This document shows, in pieces, positions 30,110-40,231 of a stretch of DNA of 64,000 bases; the stretch's first letter is position 1, and each line of letters begins with the position of its first letter. Position numbers and translations under genes: made by a program. This DNA comes from Hellea sp. (GTDB lineage Bacteria > Pseudomonadota > Alphaproteobacteria > Caulobacterales > Maricaulaceae), in contig JAHDCL010000001.1 of assembly GCA_020629875.1 (NCBI GenBank), forward strand, positions 11,953 through 75,952. Reading direction: 5' to 3'. The notes below the pieces were generated by a model. It did not search any database, was not told the DNA's origin, and saw nothing but the letters and a program-made list of their open reading frames with translations.

Positions 30110-31138
30110 TTTTTCGTGATTTAGGAGCCACTGCTTCTTGTCAAGCCCACCAGCGTAACCTCCCAAGCTGCCATCTTTGCTTATAACGCGGTGGCAAGGA
30201 ATTATGAGCGCTAAACCATTATTGGCGTTCGAGCTAGCGACAGCGCGTACTGCCCTTTCATTACCAATGGCAACGGCAAGGTCAGCATAAGCGCAACTCT
30301 CGCCGTAGGGAATATCTTGTAAAGCTTTCCAGACATGGTTCTGGAACTCTGTTCCTGTTGGCGCTAGGGGCGTTTTAAATTTAGTCAAAGTCCCGTCAAA
30401 ATAGCCTTCGAGCTCATTTTTAATTTGTTCCGTAACCTCTGTACTTCCTGGAATAACTGCCCGCTTATGCACCTTGCGAAGTTTCTCAAACCCTCGGTCC
30501 ATATTCTTTCTGGTGGTGAATTCTAACATGTAGAGATGCGAGTCGTCGCCGACGGCAAACATTGGACCCAAGGGCGTGGAAATCCAATCAATAAAAAGCG
30601 GTGGATTGTCGACTTTTGCGGGAGCAGCACCAAAGGTTTTTGCAAATGCAGTACGGAAACCAGAAGCGCTTTCATAGCCGGCATTCAATTGAGCATTTAT
30701 CACAGATTCCCCTTTAGCCAGTCCTTGTGCTGCAGCGCCTAATCTTCGAGCTCTTGCGTATTGAGTGAATGTTAGGCCAAAGCGTTTTTTAAATTGCCGC
30801 CGTGCTGTTGAAGGGTCAATCCCCAATGCAGTGATATCTGTTTCCGACCACCGTCGTTCAGGGTCACTTTCAATCAGAGCAATCAATTTCTTTATGAGTG
30901 CAGATGCTTCTCCTGCATAACTGGCTGGATGGCAACGCTTGCACGCTCGAAACCCTGCCGAGAGAGCTTCTGTGGCGTTGTCGAAATACTTACAGTTCTC
31001 ACGCTTGGGGAGTCGCGCAGGACACCCTATCCGACAAAAAACACCTGTGCTGGTGACACCCACAAAGAATCTGTCGTCAAAACGCCCTCGATGGGAAGCT
31101 AAAATCTCATATCTATCTTGATCTGTCAGTTGCTTCAT
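30092..31138 (-). CDS. ada: Bifunctional Ada regulator / O6-methylguanine methyltransferase
   Basis: CRIGC, RACKRC, AraC HTH and IPCHRV. Confidence 0.92.
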   Translation of the reverse strand: MKQLTDQDRYEILASHRGRFDDRFFVGVTSTGVFCRIGCPARLPKRENCKYFDNATEALSAGFRACKRCHPASYAGEASALIKKLIALIESDPERRWSETDITALGIDPSTARRQFKKRFGLTFTQYARARRLGAAAQGLAKGESVINAQLNAGYESASGFRTAFAKTFGAAPAKVDNPPLFIDWISTPLGPMFAVGDDSHLYMLEFTTRKNMDRGFEKLRKVHKRAVIPGSTEVTEQIKNELEGYFDGTLTKFKTPLAPTGTEFQNHVWKALQDIPYGESCAYADLAVAIGNERAVRAVASSNANNGLALIIPCHRVISKDGSLGGYAGGLDKKQWLLNHEKSNKPQ

Positions 31139-31241
31139 TCCTTGTTTATAGCGAAGAATAACCTTGTTGGGGCCGAAAAACAGGCATTGTTATTTTAATA
31201 TTCAAGGCGTAAGTCTGCCCTCTTAAGAATAAGGATAGAGC

Positions 31242-31871
31242 ATGGCAGTTACATTGCATAAGGGCGACCTCCCAGCAGGTCTTGATTTTGGTTCCGCGGT
31301 AGCCGTGGATACAGAAACTCAAGGCTTATCGCTTGTGAGGGACAAGTTATGCCTTGTGCAATTGTCGGCCGGTGATGGTAATGCCCATATCGTGCAAATG
31401 GACCGCGATGGTTACGATGCGCCCAATTTAAAAGCTCTGTTGAATAATTCAAAAGTAGAGAAGATATTTCATTTCGCGCGTTTTGATGTCGCTATATTAA
31501 GCCGTGATTTGGGTGTGGAGTTGAACCCGATTTTCTGTACGAAGATAGCTTCCGGTCTTGTGAGAACCTACACAGATCGGCACGGCCTCAAAGATTTAAC
31601 GCGAGAGCTCCTAAGTGTTGACCTCTCCAAGCAACAACAAAGCTCTGATTGGGCATCTGATGAACTTACCAAGGCCCAGTTAGATTATGCGGCATCCGAC
31701 GTGCTTTATCTGCATCAATTGCGCAATATTCTTATGGCGCGTTTGTTGAGGGAGGATCGTTTGGATATTGCTCGGAACTGTTTTGATTTTATCCCAACCC
31801 GTTGTGAGCTTGACCTTAAGGGTTGGGAAGGTGTGGATATTTTCAGTCACAAGATGCGCCGCCCAGATTGA
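31242..31871 (+). CDS. rnd: Ribonuclease D-like 3'-5' exonuclease
   Basis: AVDTET, FHFARFD, QQSSDW and YAASDV. Confidence 0.88.
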   Translation: MAVTLHKGDLPAGLDFGSAVAVDTETQGLSLVRDKLCLVQLSAGDGNAHIVQMDRDGYDAPNLKALLNNSKVEKIFHFARFDVAILSRDLGVELNPIFCTKIASGLVRTYTDRHGLKDLTRELLSVDLSKQQQSSDWASDELTKAQLDYAASDVLYLHQLRNILMARLLREDRLDIARNCFDFIPTRCELDLKGWEGVDIFSHKMRRPD

Positions 31872-31936
31872 CCTGAGAATCTGTTTTTAAGCAACCTTAA
31901 CATCTCTTCATTTGATGAAATTAGCTGTCGTAATTT

Positions 31937-32644
31937 GTGGTACCTTATCCTATAGCTAACCCTATGAATTCAGCGGTTATATCAGCAGATGGCCATGCCG
32001 CCAGCGAAGCTCTTGGCTTGTGGGAGCCGAAACGCACCTTAACCTTGGAGGCAGCGCGTAAACACTCGTCGCGGATAAAGTTTCTAAGACGACTGCTTTT
32101 GGCTCTATGTACAGGGCTTGCGGCCTACCTCATTTACGAATTTGCAACGCAGTCAAATACGACTTTTATTGAGGATAATCCCACTGAGTCCGTAAAGATG
32201 GTCAACCCTCGATATAGTGGTCGTACAGATGATGGGCTACCATTTTATCTTACAGCTGACACAGCGACCCGTACCTTAGCTAATCGTAGTGAAGTCGCAT
32301 TATTGAAGCCTGTCCTAGAATTTATCCGCGAAGATGGCGCTGACGTATCGTTAGTTGTGGCAGAGACCGGAACCTATGACGATGTAAAGAAAATTTTGAA
32401 CCTACGCAGGGCGGTGAATTTAAACACTGATGACGGTTACCATTGTAAGACCACCCATGCCCGGATTTTTGCTAGAGAGAAACGCATAGAAGGTGACGAG
32501 CGTATTGAGTGCGATGGAAATTTTGGCATAGTTAATGGGAATGCTTACGAGATTAACGACAATTACAAAGTATTCGTGTTTAAGAATGGCATGGACGCAA
32601 TTATTGAACAGGGTGATGATCTTGGTCTAGGGGAGGACGAATAA
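31937..32644 (+). CDS. lptC: LPS export protein LptC
   Basis: Single TM, MVNPRYSG; precedes lptA/lptB. Confidence 0.8.
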   Translation: MVPYPIANPMNSAVISADGHAASEALGLWEPKRTLTLEAARKHSSRIKFLRRLLLALCTGLAAYLIYEFATQSNTTFIEDNPTESVKMVNPRYSGRTDDGLPFYLTADTATRTLANRSEVALLKPVLEFIREDGADVSLVVAETGTYDDVKKILNLRRAVNLNTDDGYHCKTTHARIFAREKRIEGDERIECDGNFGIVNGNAYEINDNYKVFVFKNGMDAIIEQGDDLGLGEDE

Positions 32645-33147
32645 TGCGTATTATTTTATCTGCTCTTATGGTGGGGACGCTTTCAACGCCCGTGCACGCT
32701 CAAGTTTTTGGTGGCGACGAACCCATTAAAATACTGGCCGAAAAAGCCACCTATGATGGCGGCTTAACTGTGTTGGTTGGAAATGTAGATGTCACGCAGG
32801 GCATCGCAAGAATTCGTTCGGATCAAATGAATATCTATCGCTCCGAAGCTGATAGCGATACGGGTGGTAGTCTGAAACTGGGCGCTGTGAATCGTATTGA
32901 TGCGCGCGGGAACTTTCACTACACCACCCCTGAAAACAATGTGACAGGTGACAGAGGTGTTTATGAGCGAGACAAGGGTATTATCACGGTGACTGGAAAT
33001 GTAAAAGTTAGGCAACCTGGCGGAAATACGGCAACAACTGATAAATTGGTGTACAATGTGAAGACTGAAGCTATTCGATTCTCTGGCCAATGTCAGGGCG
33101 ACGATTGTTCAGGAAGACCCACAATTAGGCTCAGCCCGGGAAATTAG
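32644..33147 (+). CDS. lptA: LptA/OstA family protein (copy 1)
   Basis: Signal peptide; PIKILA, GNVDVTQG, GNVKV. Confidence 0.82.
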   Translation: MRIILSALMVGTLSTPVHAQVFGGDEPIKILAEKATYDGGLTVLVGNVDVTQGIARIRSDQMNIYRSEADSDTGGSLKLGAVNRIDARGNFHYTTPENNVTGDRGVYERDKGIITVTGNVKVRQPGGNTATTDKLVYNVKTEAIRFSGQCQGDDCSGRPTIRLSPGN

Positions 33148-33157
33148 GAATCCAGAT

Positions 33158-33685
33158 ATGAAGACTGTTATTAGACTAACGGCCAGTACGATTTTAATGG
33201 CTTTAATCCCGCTTACAGCAAATGCCCAATTTGCGCGTGACAACAATGCGCCGATTGATGCTACAGCCGATGATATTGTTAATGCTAAAGGCATTACGAC
33301 ATTGACGGGGCAGGTTGACGTCCGCCAGGGAGGAACACGCATCCTGGCTGACAAAATGAGAATTTTCGGCGGCGTGGCTGGCGTGGGCGGAACCTCTACA
33401 GCTAGCGATATTTCTCGGATAGAAGCCACAGGTAATTTTTACTACATTACGCCAGAGCAAGAAGTGCGTGGAAATAATGGCGTCTATGTCCAAGCGACCG
33501 ATACGTTCACTGTTAAAGGCGACGTTATATTGCTCCAAGGCGAGAATATAGTGACAGGCGAGACACTGATTTATAATCTCACGACTGAAGAGGCGCGAGT
33601 TGTGGGAACCTGTAAAGGTCGTCGATGCGGGTCTAAAGGCCGCGTGAAAATTTTGCTGAAAAACACAGGCGGAAGCCAGTCTTAG
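33158..33685 (+). CDS. lptA: LptA/OstA family protein (copy 2)
   Basis: Signal peptide; PIDATAD, GQVDVRQG, GDVILLQG. Confidence 0.82.
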   Translation: MKTVIRLTASTILMALIPLTANAQFARDNNAPIDATADDIVNAKGITTLTGQVDVRQGGTRILADKMRIFGGVAGVGGTSTASDISRIEATGNFYYITPEQEVRGNNGVYVQATDTFTVKGDVILLQGENIVTGETLIYNLTTEEARVVGTCKGRRCGSKGRVKILLKNTGGSQS

Positions 33686-33714
33686 CTTTACGGCCTAAGA
33701 CCAAAGGAACAAAG

Positions 33715-34491
33715 ATGGCTGACGCGGACCCAAAAACACGTTCGAACATGGCGACGGATTTCGTGCCACCGCCTAAGGGCTTGGCAGCAAATAATATCGG
33801 TAAAGCCTATCGGGGCCGCGTTGTGGTAAAAGATATCACGTTGACGGTTCAGCGCGGTGAAGTTGTTGCTCTCATGGGGCCGAATGGAGCGGGTAAGACA
33901 ACTAGTTTTTATATGATTATGGGGCTGATTGAGGCGGATCGCGGTATGATCACCCTCGATGGTCAAGATATTACTGACCTGCCCATGTATCAGCGTGCAC
34001 GCCTGGGCGTGGGATATTTGCCGCAGGAACAATCTATTTTTCGCGGCCTTACCGTTGAAGAAAATATTAAAGCAGTTGTGCAGCTCACTGAACGCGATCG
34101 TTCTAAGTGGGATGATAATGTTGAAGCACTTTTGGATGAGCTAAATATCGGTCATATTAAGAAGAGCCCAGCGCTTGCGCTTTCAGGGGGTGAGCGTCGT
34201 CGTGTGGAGATTGCACGTGCTTTGGCCTCTCGACCTAGCTTCATTCTCCTCGATGAGCCGTTTACAGGGATTGACCCTATTGCGATTGCCGACATTTCGG
34301 AACTCGTTCTTTATCTCAAGAAACGAGGTATCGGTATCCTCATTACCGATCACCGTGTCCGCGAAACACTCGACATTGTGGATCGTGCATCCATCCTTTT
34401 CCAAGGCGAGGCCTTGTTTGAAGGAACACCCGATGAAATTCGTGCAAATAAAGATGTTCGGCGCGTTTATTTGGGTGACAAATACGCTTAA
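33715..34491 (+). CDS. lptB: LPS export ATPase LptB
   Basis: YLPQEQSIF, LSGGERRRVEIARAL and VRRVYLG. Confidence 0.95.
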   Translation: MADADPKTRSNMATDFVPPPKGLAANNIGKAYRGRVVVKDITLTVQRGEVVALMGPNGAGKTTSFYMIMGLIEADRGMITLDGQDITDLPMYQRARLGVGYLPQEQSIFRGLTVEENIKAVVQLTERDRSKWDDNVEALLDELNIGHIKKSPALALSGGERRRVEIARALASRPSFILLDEPFTGIDPIAIADISELVLYLKKRGIGILITDHRVRETLDIVDRASILFQGEALFEGTPDEIRANKDVRRVYLGDKYA

Positions 34492-34514
34492 TCAATTTTC
34501 CTAATTATAGGCAT

Positions 34515-34551
34515 AAAAAAACCCGCTCTCTTTCGAGGCGGGTTTCTTTTT
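34515..34551. terminator. Bidirectional terminator (lptB/mscL)
   Basis: A-tract-ACCCGC...GCGGGT-TTCTTTTT. Confidence 0.8.
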
Positions 34552-34565
34552 GAGTATTACTAAGC

Positions 34566-34979
34566 TTATTTCTTCGCAAGAAGGTCACGAATTTCAGCTA
34601 GAAGAACTTCGTTAGCAGGCGGAGCTGCAGGTGCCTCTTCTTCAGCTTTTTTCGCTGCGTTCATGCCCTTGATGATCATGAATAGAACCCAAGCGAGAAT
34701 TGCGAAAGCGATGATGGCATTGATGAATGAGCCATAGCTAATAGCTGAACCTGTGCCCTCGACAACGGCGCCGGCTGCATCTACTTCCGCAGGTGTAAGG
34801 ACAATTTTCTTTGAACTAAAGTCTAGTCCGCCGCTGAAATGCCCGATAACTGGCATAATAACATCTTCGATAAGTGATTTGATGACTGTACCAAAAGCGC
34901 CACCCATGATGATGCCGACGGCCATATCCATCATGTTGCCCTTCATGGCAAACTCTTTAAATTCGGAAATCATTCCCAT
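34566..34979 (-). CDS. mscL: Large-conductance mechanosensitive channel
   Basis: EFKEFAMKGNMMDMAVG and LLAEIRDLL. Confidence 0.96.
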   Translation of the reverse strand: MGMISEFKEFAMKGNMMDMAVGIIMGGAFGTVIKSLIEDVIMPVIGHFSGGLDFSSKKIVLTPAEVDAAGAVVEGTGSAISYGSFINAIIAFAILAWVLFMIIKGMNAAKKAEEEAPAAPPANEVLLAEIRDLLAKK

Positions 34980-35097
34980 GATCTTCCCCCTGTATTACGA
35001 CCATTTTGGCCAGATGTGAGCTGTTTGCACGAAAATGCAAACTGCGTCAATCTGACAGAAACAGGGTTACTATCCCGTTAATTTTCCGTTCAGGAGG

Positions 35098-35385
35098 TTA
35101 TTTTTTTGTGGCGTCGATACGGGCGCGTAAGTCTTTACCTGTGCGGAAAAAGGGTACGTGCTTCTCTGGTACGAAGACGTCACCGCCTGTACGGGGATTG
35201 CGGCCTGAACGAGATTTTCGGTGACGAACCGAGAAGGCCCCGAAACCACGAAGCTCTACCCGAGCTCCCTTTTCAAGGGTTTGCGTAATAGACTCCAAAA
35301 CTACAGCGACGACGCGTTCGGTGTCGGTGCGGGTTAAGTGTGGGTTCTCCGCGTGCAGGTTATCGATGAGTTCTGACCTTAACAT
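35098..35385 (-). CDS. ihfB: Integration host factor beta
   Basis: [17 protein letters not shown]; downstream of rpsA; start at ATG 35385. Confidence 0.93.
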   Translation of the reverse strand: MLRSELIDNLHAENPHLTRTDTERVVAVVLESITQTLEKGARVELRGFGAFSVRHRKSRSGRNPRTGGDVFVPEKHVPFFRTGKDLRARIDATKK

Positions 35386-35442
35386 GATGTTCTTAAAGCA
35401 AATGCGCTCTTGCCGCGTCAATAGCTATTCGGCTCGACTCAT

Positions 35443-35479
35443 AAAAAAAGCCCCGAAAACATTAATGTTTTCAGGGCTC
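35443..35479 (-). terminator. rpsA terminator
   Basis: AGCCC(T)GAAAACAT/ATGTTTTC(G)GGGCT stem followed by T7 on minus strand. Confidence 0.8.
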
Positions 35480-35524
35480 TTTATGGTTAATGCCTCCTTA
35501 AGGAGACATATCTTTTGTTGTGGC

Positions 35525-37231
35525 TTATTCGCCGCCCTTAAGGGCCGCTCCAAGGATGTCGCCAAGTGATGCACCTGAGTCGGCAGAACCATATTGCTCG
35601 ACAGCCTCTTTCTCTTCAGCGATTTCGAGCGCCTTGATAGAGAGTGAGTACTGACCCTTAGAGACGCGAGTGACCATAGCGTCAACCTTATCGCCAACAG
35701 CGAAACGCTCTGGGCGCTGCTCTGAGCGCTCGCGAGAGAGGTCGCCCTTGCGGATGAAGGCAGCGATTTCGTCCTCATCACCAAATGTGACATCAAGACC
35801 AGCTTGTTGAACATTGGTAACTGTGCAGGTGACAGTTTTACCGCGTGATACGCCTTTGCCGCCGCCAGTTGGACCTGTGTCTTTAACGAGCTGCTTAACG
35901 CCGAGAGAGATACGTTCTTTCTCGATATCGACTTCAAGAATTTTGGCTTCAACAGTGTCGCCTTTCTTATAGTCTTGCAGAGCTTCTTCGCCTGACTTGT
36001 CCCAAGACAGGTCAGATAAGTGAGCCATGCCGTCAATATCGCCGTCTAGGCCGATAAAGAGGCCAAATTCAGTAACAGAGCGAACCTCGCCTGAAATTGT
36101 TGAGCCAACAGGGAAACGATCCGTGAAGCTGTCCCATGGATTGTCTTGAACCTGCTTGATACCAAGTGAAATGCGGCGCTTTTCTTGATCCACTTCGAGA
36201 ACTTCGACAGCAACTTCTTGTGATGTCGATACGATTTTGCCCGGGTGGACGTTTTTCTTTGTCCAAGACATTTCAGAAACGTGGACAAGACCTTCAACAC
36301 CTTCTTCAAGCTCGATGAATGCACCGTAATCAGCGATGTTGGTAACAGTACCTGTGTGACGCGTGCCAACAGTGTATTTCGCTGCTGCTGCGAGCCATGG
36401 ATCTTCCTGAAGCTGCTTCATACCCAGGCTGATACGTTGTGTTTCAGGATTGATGCGGATGATTTTAACTGCAACCGTATCTCCAACAGCCAGAACTTGG
36501 CTTGGGTGAGAGACGCGGCGCCAGCTCATGTCAGTGACGTGGAGCAGGCCATCAATGCCGCCTAAATCAACGAATGCACCGTAATCAGTGATGTTTTTGA
36601 CAACACCTTCGCGTGTTTCGCCTTCGGCGAGCTGACCAACGAGTTCAGCGCGTTGCTCCGCACGGCTCTCTTCGAGGATGGCTCGGCGCGAGACAACGAT
36701 GTTGCCACGTGTACGGTCCATTTTCAAAATCATGAAAGGCTGCTCTTGGTTCATGAGCGGGCCAACGTCACGCACGGGGCGGATGTCAACTTGTGAGCCA
36801 GGTAGGAAAGCATTGATGCCGCCGAGATCAACTGTGAAGCCGCCTTTAACGCGTCCAACAATAGCACCTGGAACAGGCTCTTCTTTTTCATGGAAGCCAG
36901 CCATCTTGATCCAGCTTTCTTCACGGCGAGCCTTGTCGCGTGAGAGAATAGCATCGCCAAGGGCGTTTTCGATACGCTCTAGATAAATATCAACATCGTC
37001 GCCGACTTTGACTTTGTCTTCGTCAGCTTGTCCGGGGACGTAAAATTCGCGAAGTGGTACGCGGCCTTCTGTTTTGAGGCCAACGTCAATCACGACAATA
37101 TCTTTTTCAATGGCCGTTACGCGGCCTTTTACAACACTGCCTTCTTTCATCGAGTTGGACTCGACGGAGGCTTCAAACATTGAAGCAAAATCATCAGTGG
37201 TGGGGTTCATGGAGTCTTGAGCTGTGCTCAT
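35525..37231 (-). CDS. rpsA: 30S ribosomal protein S1
   Basis: Six S1 repeats; AFLPGSQVD. Confidence 0.98.
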   Translation of the reverse strand: MSTAQDSMNPTTDDFASMFEASVESNSMKEGSVVKGRVTAIEKDIVVIDVGLKTEGRVPLREFYVPGQADEDKVKVGDDVDIYLERIENALGDAILSRDKARREESWIKMAGFHEKEEPVPGAIVGRVKGGFTVDLGGINAFLPGSQVDIRPVRDVGPLMNQEQPFMILKMDRTRGNIVVSRRAILEESRAEQRAELVGQLAEGETREGVVKNITDYGAFVDLGGIDGLLHVTDMSWRRVSHPSQVLAVGDTVAVKIIRINPETQRISLGMKQLQEDPWLAAAAKYTVGTRHTGTVTNIADYGAFIELEEGVEGLVHVSEMSWTKKNVHPGKIVSTSQEVAVEVLEVDQEKRRISLGIKQVQDNPWDSFTDRFPVGSTISGEVRSVTEFGLFIGLDGDIDGMAHLSDLSWDKSGEEALQDYKKGDTVEAKILEVDIEKERISLGVKQLVKDTGPTGGGKGVSRGKTVTCTVTNVQQAGLDVTFGDEDEIAAFIRKGDLSRERSEQRPERFAVGDKVDAMVTRVSKGQYSLSIKALEIAEEKEAVEQYGSADSGASLGDILGAALKGGE

Positions 37232-37249
37232 AGCTATGGTCCTTTTAAT

Positions 37250-37345
37250 ACTGGTTCCGGCCGACGGGTTGGTTCCCGCGGTCTGGCCCCGCCCATCGGA
37301 GCCTTGAAAAGTTAAAGCCGTATGAAGGAAACATACGGCCTTGAA
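37250..37345 (-). promoter_or_regulatory. Structured rpsA 5' leader
   Basis: GCCGTATG-7 nt-CATACGGC hairpin plus GC-rich stems upstream of rpsA. Confidence 0.4.
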
Positions 37346-37424
37346 TGGGGCGCCCTATAGGGGAAGTGAGGCAGAGGTGCAAGTGCGTAATGGCGCTATT
37401 GCGAGCTTGGTAGTTGCAGGGTGG

Positions 37425-37601
37425 TTACCCTGATTGCCCTTGCCATACTAACCAGAGAGGAATCCATATCAGGGTCAATGTGGTCATGCCCTTGATGCAT
37501 TGATAGGCAATCCAGACCCAAAACAGCTCCTTTTTGTGTGTTTTGATATATCGGATGGCTCGGACGGGACTTAACCCGCGGAGAATGGCTTTGCTTGTCA
37601 T
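37425..37601 (-). CDS. Small Trp-rich membrane protein (58 aa, not in ORF track)
   Basis: Hand-translated MTSKAILRGLSPVRAIRYIKTHKKELFWVWIAYQCIKGMTTLTLIWIPLWLVWQGQSG; ATG 1 nt after the previous stop. Confidence 0.6.
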   Translation of the reverse strand: MTSKAILRGLSPVRAIRYIKTHKKELFWVWIAYQCIKGMTTLTLIWIPLWLVWQGQSG

Positions 37602-37602
37602 C

Positions 37603-37752
37603 TCAGGTTCTTAGAGCGAGCTTAATGAGGGCGCCAACAATCGTGATTGTGATAAACCCTAATAGCCAAAGCGCGAAAAACCAGAGCAGTTCTCTCGGGC
37701 CCGTTTTCTCAATATGATTTTCTTTTTCTTGCAGAAGCTTAAATTTAAACAT
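37603..37752 (-). CDS. DUF2474-like small membrane protein after cydB
   Basis: ATG overlaps cydB stop (TAATG); LLWFFALWLLG TM. Confidence 0.72.
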   Translation of the reverse strand: MFKFKLLQEKENHIEKTGPRELLWFFALWLLGFITITIVGALIKLALRT

Positions 37753-38753
37753 TAGTGGTACCCCGCATTCGGGTCGACTTTTCCTCTGAAAACCCAATAA
37801 GAATAAGCCGTGTAGGCCAGTATCATTGGTAGGAGGATAAGAGCGCCGACTAGCATGAACATCAAACTCTTATCTGGTGCTGCGGCTTCGGCGATGGTGA
37901 CAGCACGCGGCACGATGTATGGAGAGATGCCAATACCTAACCCAGCAAAGCAGAGTAGAAAAATACCAATTGTCGCTAGGAATGGGATATTGTCCTTCCG
38001 CTTAATGATACCCCATCCCAATATTACCGCTAATATGCAGACGAGCGTTGGAACCGGAAGCACGAATAGGAGCTGCGGAAATGTAAACCAGCGTTCGGCA
38101 ATTTCAGGAGATAGGAATGGCGTCCAAAGGCTGACGATACCCATGAAAACAAGTGTTGCAATCGCCATTGGCTTGGCGATGGCATAAGCTTTATTTCTGA
38201 GGACACCCTCTGATTTCATCACCAGCCAAGTAGAGCCGAGAAGTGCATACCCTGCCGTCAACGCAACGCCGCACATTATGGAGAAAGGGGTGAGCCAGTC
38301 CCACCATCCCCCGGCATAAGAGCGGCCTTCGACTTCGATACCTTGAACAAAGGCACCTAAAACAATGCCTTGGCTGAAGGTGGCCAGAAGCGAACCATAA
38401 AAAAAAGAGCGGTCCCATATTTTTTCGTGGGCTTTGTCACGCCAACGGAATTCGAAGGCAACGCCGCGAAAAACTAGGGCAAGGATCATGACGATGAAGG
38501 GAGCATAAAGTGCGGGAAGCACGATGGCGTAAGCTAATGGAAATGCGGCGAGAAGCCCGCCGCCGCCTAGGACGAGCCAGGTTTCATTCCCATCCCAAAC
38601 TGGTGCAACAGAATTCATCGCCACGTCACGACATCCATCAGTGTCCAGAAATGGAAATACAATTCCAATCCCTAGGTCAAACCCATCTAATATTACATAA
38701 ATAAAAATGGCGAGGGCCAATAAGCCAGCCCAAATTGTAGGTAAATCTAACAT
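37752..38753 (-). CDS. cydB: Cytochrome bd oxidase subunit II (CioB type)
   Basis: LDGFDLG, PVWDGNETWLV and FRGKV. Confidence 0.95.
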   Translation of the reverse strand: MLDLPTIWAGLLALAIFIYVILDGFDLGIGIVFPFLDTDGCRDVAMNSVAPVWDGNETWLVLGGGGLLAAFPLAYAIVLPALYAPFIVMILALVFRGVAFEFRWRDKAHEKIWDRSFFYGSLLATFSQGIVLGAFVQGIEVEGRSYAGGWWDWLTPFSIMCGVALTAGYALLGSTWLVMKSEGVLRNKAYAIAKPMAIATLVFMGIVSLWTPFLSPEIAERWFTFPQLLFVLPVPTLVCILAVILGWGIIKRKDNIPFLATIGIFLLCFAGLGIGISPYIVPRAVTIAEAAAPDKSLMFMLVGALILLPMILAYTAYSYWVFRGKVDPNAGYH

Positions 38754-38763
38754 AATAGCTCTC

Positions 38764-40179
38764 TTACTTGGCTGGGTCGGACGCGACAGGCTTCAAAGAG
38801 GCTGCTTGTGTAGTTCCCGCTGCCCGCGTGACAGTTCCTGGGAGTTTAGCAAGGTCCCCTGGGGTCTTCTTCATCATTTTTATAATGTAGTAAGTTCCCG
38901 CGCCAAATAACGCAAAATAGACAACGATAAAGGCTAACAGGGAGGCGGCCACCGCTGGGGCCTCGACGGGGGCGATGGACTGGTCGGTGCGCAGCAGCCC
39001 ATAGACCGTAAAGGGTTGTCGCCCCACTTCGGTTGTAATCCAACCCGCCAAGACCGCGACAAATCCACTTGGCCCCATAATGAAAGCAAATTTGTGAAAT
39101 AGGCTGGCATCGTATAAGCGCCGTCGCCAGCGCAGGAATAAGCTAGTCACGCCGACGATTAGCATAAGCGTCCCAATCCCGACCATTATGCGGAAGCTCC
39201 AGAAGACAATAGCTACGGGAGGCTGGTCCCCACGTGGAATCGTGTCCAGACCTGCTAAGGGCGCGTTTAAGTTATGTTTGAGGATAAGGGACGACATTTT
39301 TGGAATTCCAATAGCATATTTAAGCTCTTGATTTTCTTGGTCTGGAATACCAAATAAGTAGAGAGGAGCGCCGTGGTCGTGACTATGAAAATGTCCTTCC
39401 ATCGCCATGACCTTGGCGGGCTGATGTTCCAGGGTGTTAATTCCATGCAGGTCACCGGCGTAAATTTGAAGGGGGGCGACAATGGCGGCCATCCACATCG
39501 CCATGGAGAACATCTTCTGAGCATCCTTATTAGTTTTGTCTTTAAGTAAGTGCCATGCGCCAACTGCTCCTACGACGAATGCGGTGGTAAGATATGCGGC
39601 TAAAACCATGTGAACGAGTCGGTATGGGAAGCTTGGGTTGAAGATAATTTCCATCCAGTCCTCTGGAATAAATTGTCCGGCTTCATTGATTGAAAAGCCT
39701 GCGGGCGTTTGCATCCAGCTGTTTACGGATAAAATCCAGGTTGCTGAAAGCAGAGTTCCAAAGGCCACCATAATTGTTGCGATGAAGTGAAGGCGTTTAG
39801 AGACTCGGCCCATGCCGAAGAGCATGATGCCAAGAAAACCAGCCTCCAAAAAGAATGCCGTTAAGACTTCATATGCCATAAGCGGGCCAATTACGGGACC
39901 TGCTAGGTCAGAGAAAACGCTCCAATTAGTACCGAATTGATATGCCATAACGATGCCGGATACCACTCCCATGCCGAAGGCCACAGCGAAGATTTTTCGC
40001 CAATATTTGAAAAGGCGCAGATAGGTTTCTTTTCCGGTATTCAACCAGAGGCCTTCAAGAACCATTAGATAACTTGCCAGTCCGATGGAAAAAGCGGGGA
40101 AGATGATATGAAAAGAAACCGTAAAAGCGAACTGTGCTCTTGCAAGATTTATAGCGAGATCGCTGACAATAGGGTCCAT
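38764..40179 (-). CDS. cydA: Cytochrome bd oxidase subunit I (short Q-loop, CioA type)
   Basis: FHIIFP, QPAKVMAMEG and EVGRQPF. Confidence 0.95.
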   Translation of the reverse strand: MDPIVSDLAINLARAQFAFTVSFHIIFPAFSIGLASYLMVLEGLWLNTGKETYLRLFKYWRKIFAVAFGMGVVSGIVMAYQFGTNWSVFSDLAGPVIGPLMAYEVLTAFFLEAGFLGIMLFGMGRVSKRLHFIATIMVAFGTLLSATWILSVNSWMQTPAGFSINEAGQFIPEDWMEIIFNPSFPYRLVHMVLAAYLTTAFVVGAVGAWHLLKDKTNKDAQKMFSMAMWMAAIVAPLQIYAGDLHGINTLEHQPAKVMAMEGHFHSHDHGAPLYLFGIPDQENQELKYAIGIPKMSSLILKHNLNAPLAGLDTIPRGDQPPVAIVFWSFRIMVGIGTLMLIVGVTSLFLRWRRRLYDASLFHKFAFIMGPSGFVAVLAGWITTEVGRQPFTVYGLLRTDQSIAPVEAPAVAASLLAFIVVYFALFGAGTYYIIKMMKKTPGDLAKLPGTVTRAAGTTQAASLKPVASDPAK

Positions 40180-40231
40180 GGTGGCATTCCGTTTAAATTG
40201 CTAGAATAACATGATTGTCTGATGATGAGTT

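Noticed and set aside
31886-31901. CtrA-like TTAA pair upstream of lptC
   Set aside because: Spacer is 6 nt, not 7; likely chance in AT-rich DNA
35425-36960. Long alternate-frame ORFs inside rpsA (e.g. 35425-36036, 203 aa)
   Set aside because: Shadow frames caused by strong codon bias; no RBS or recognisable motifs
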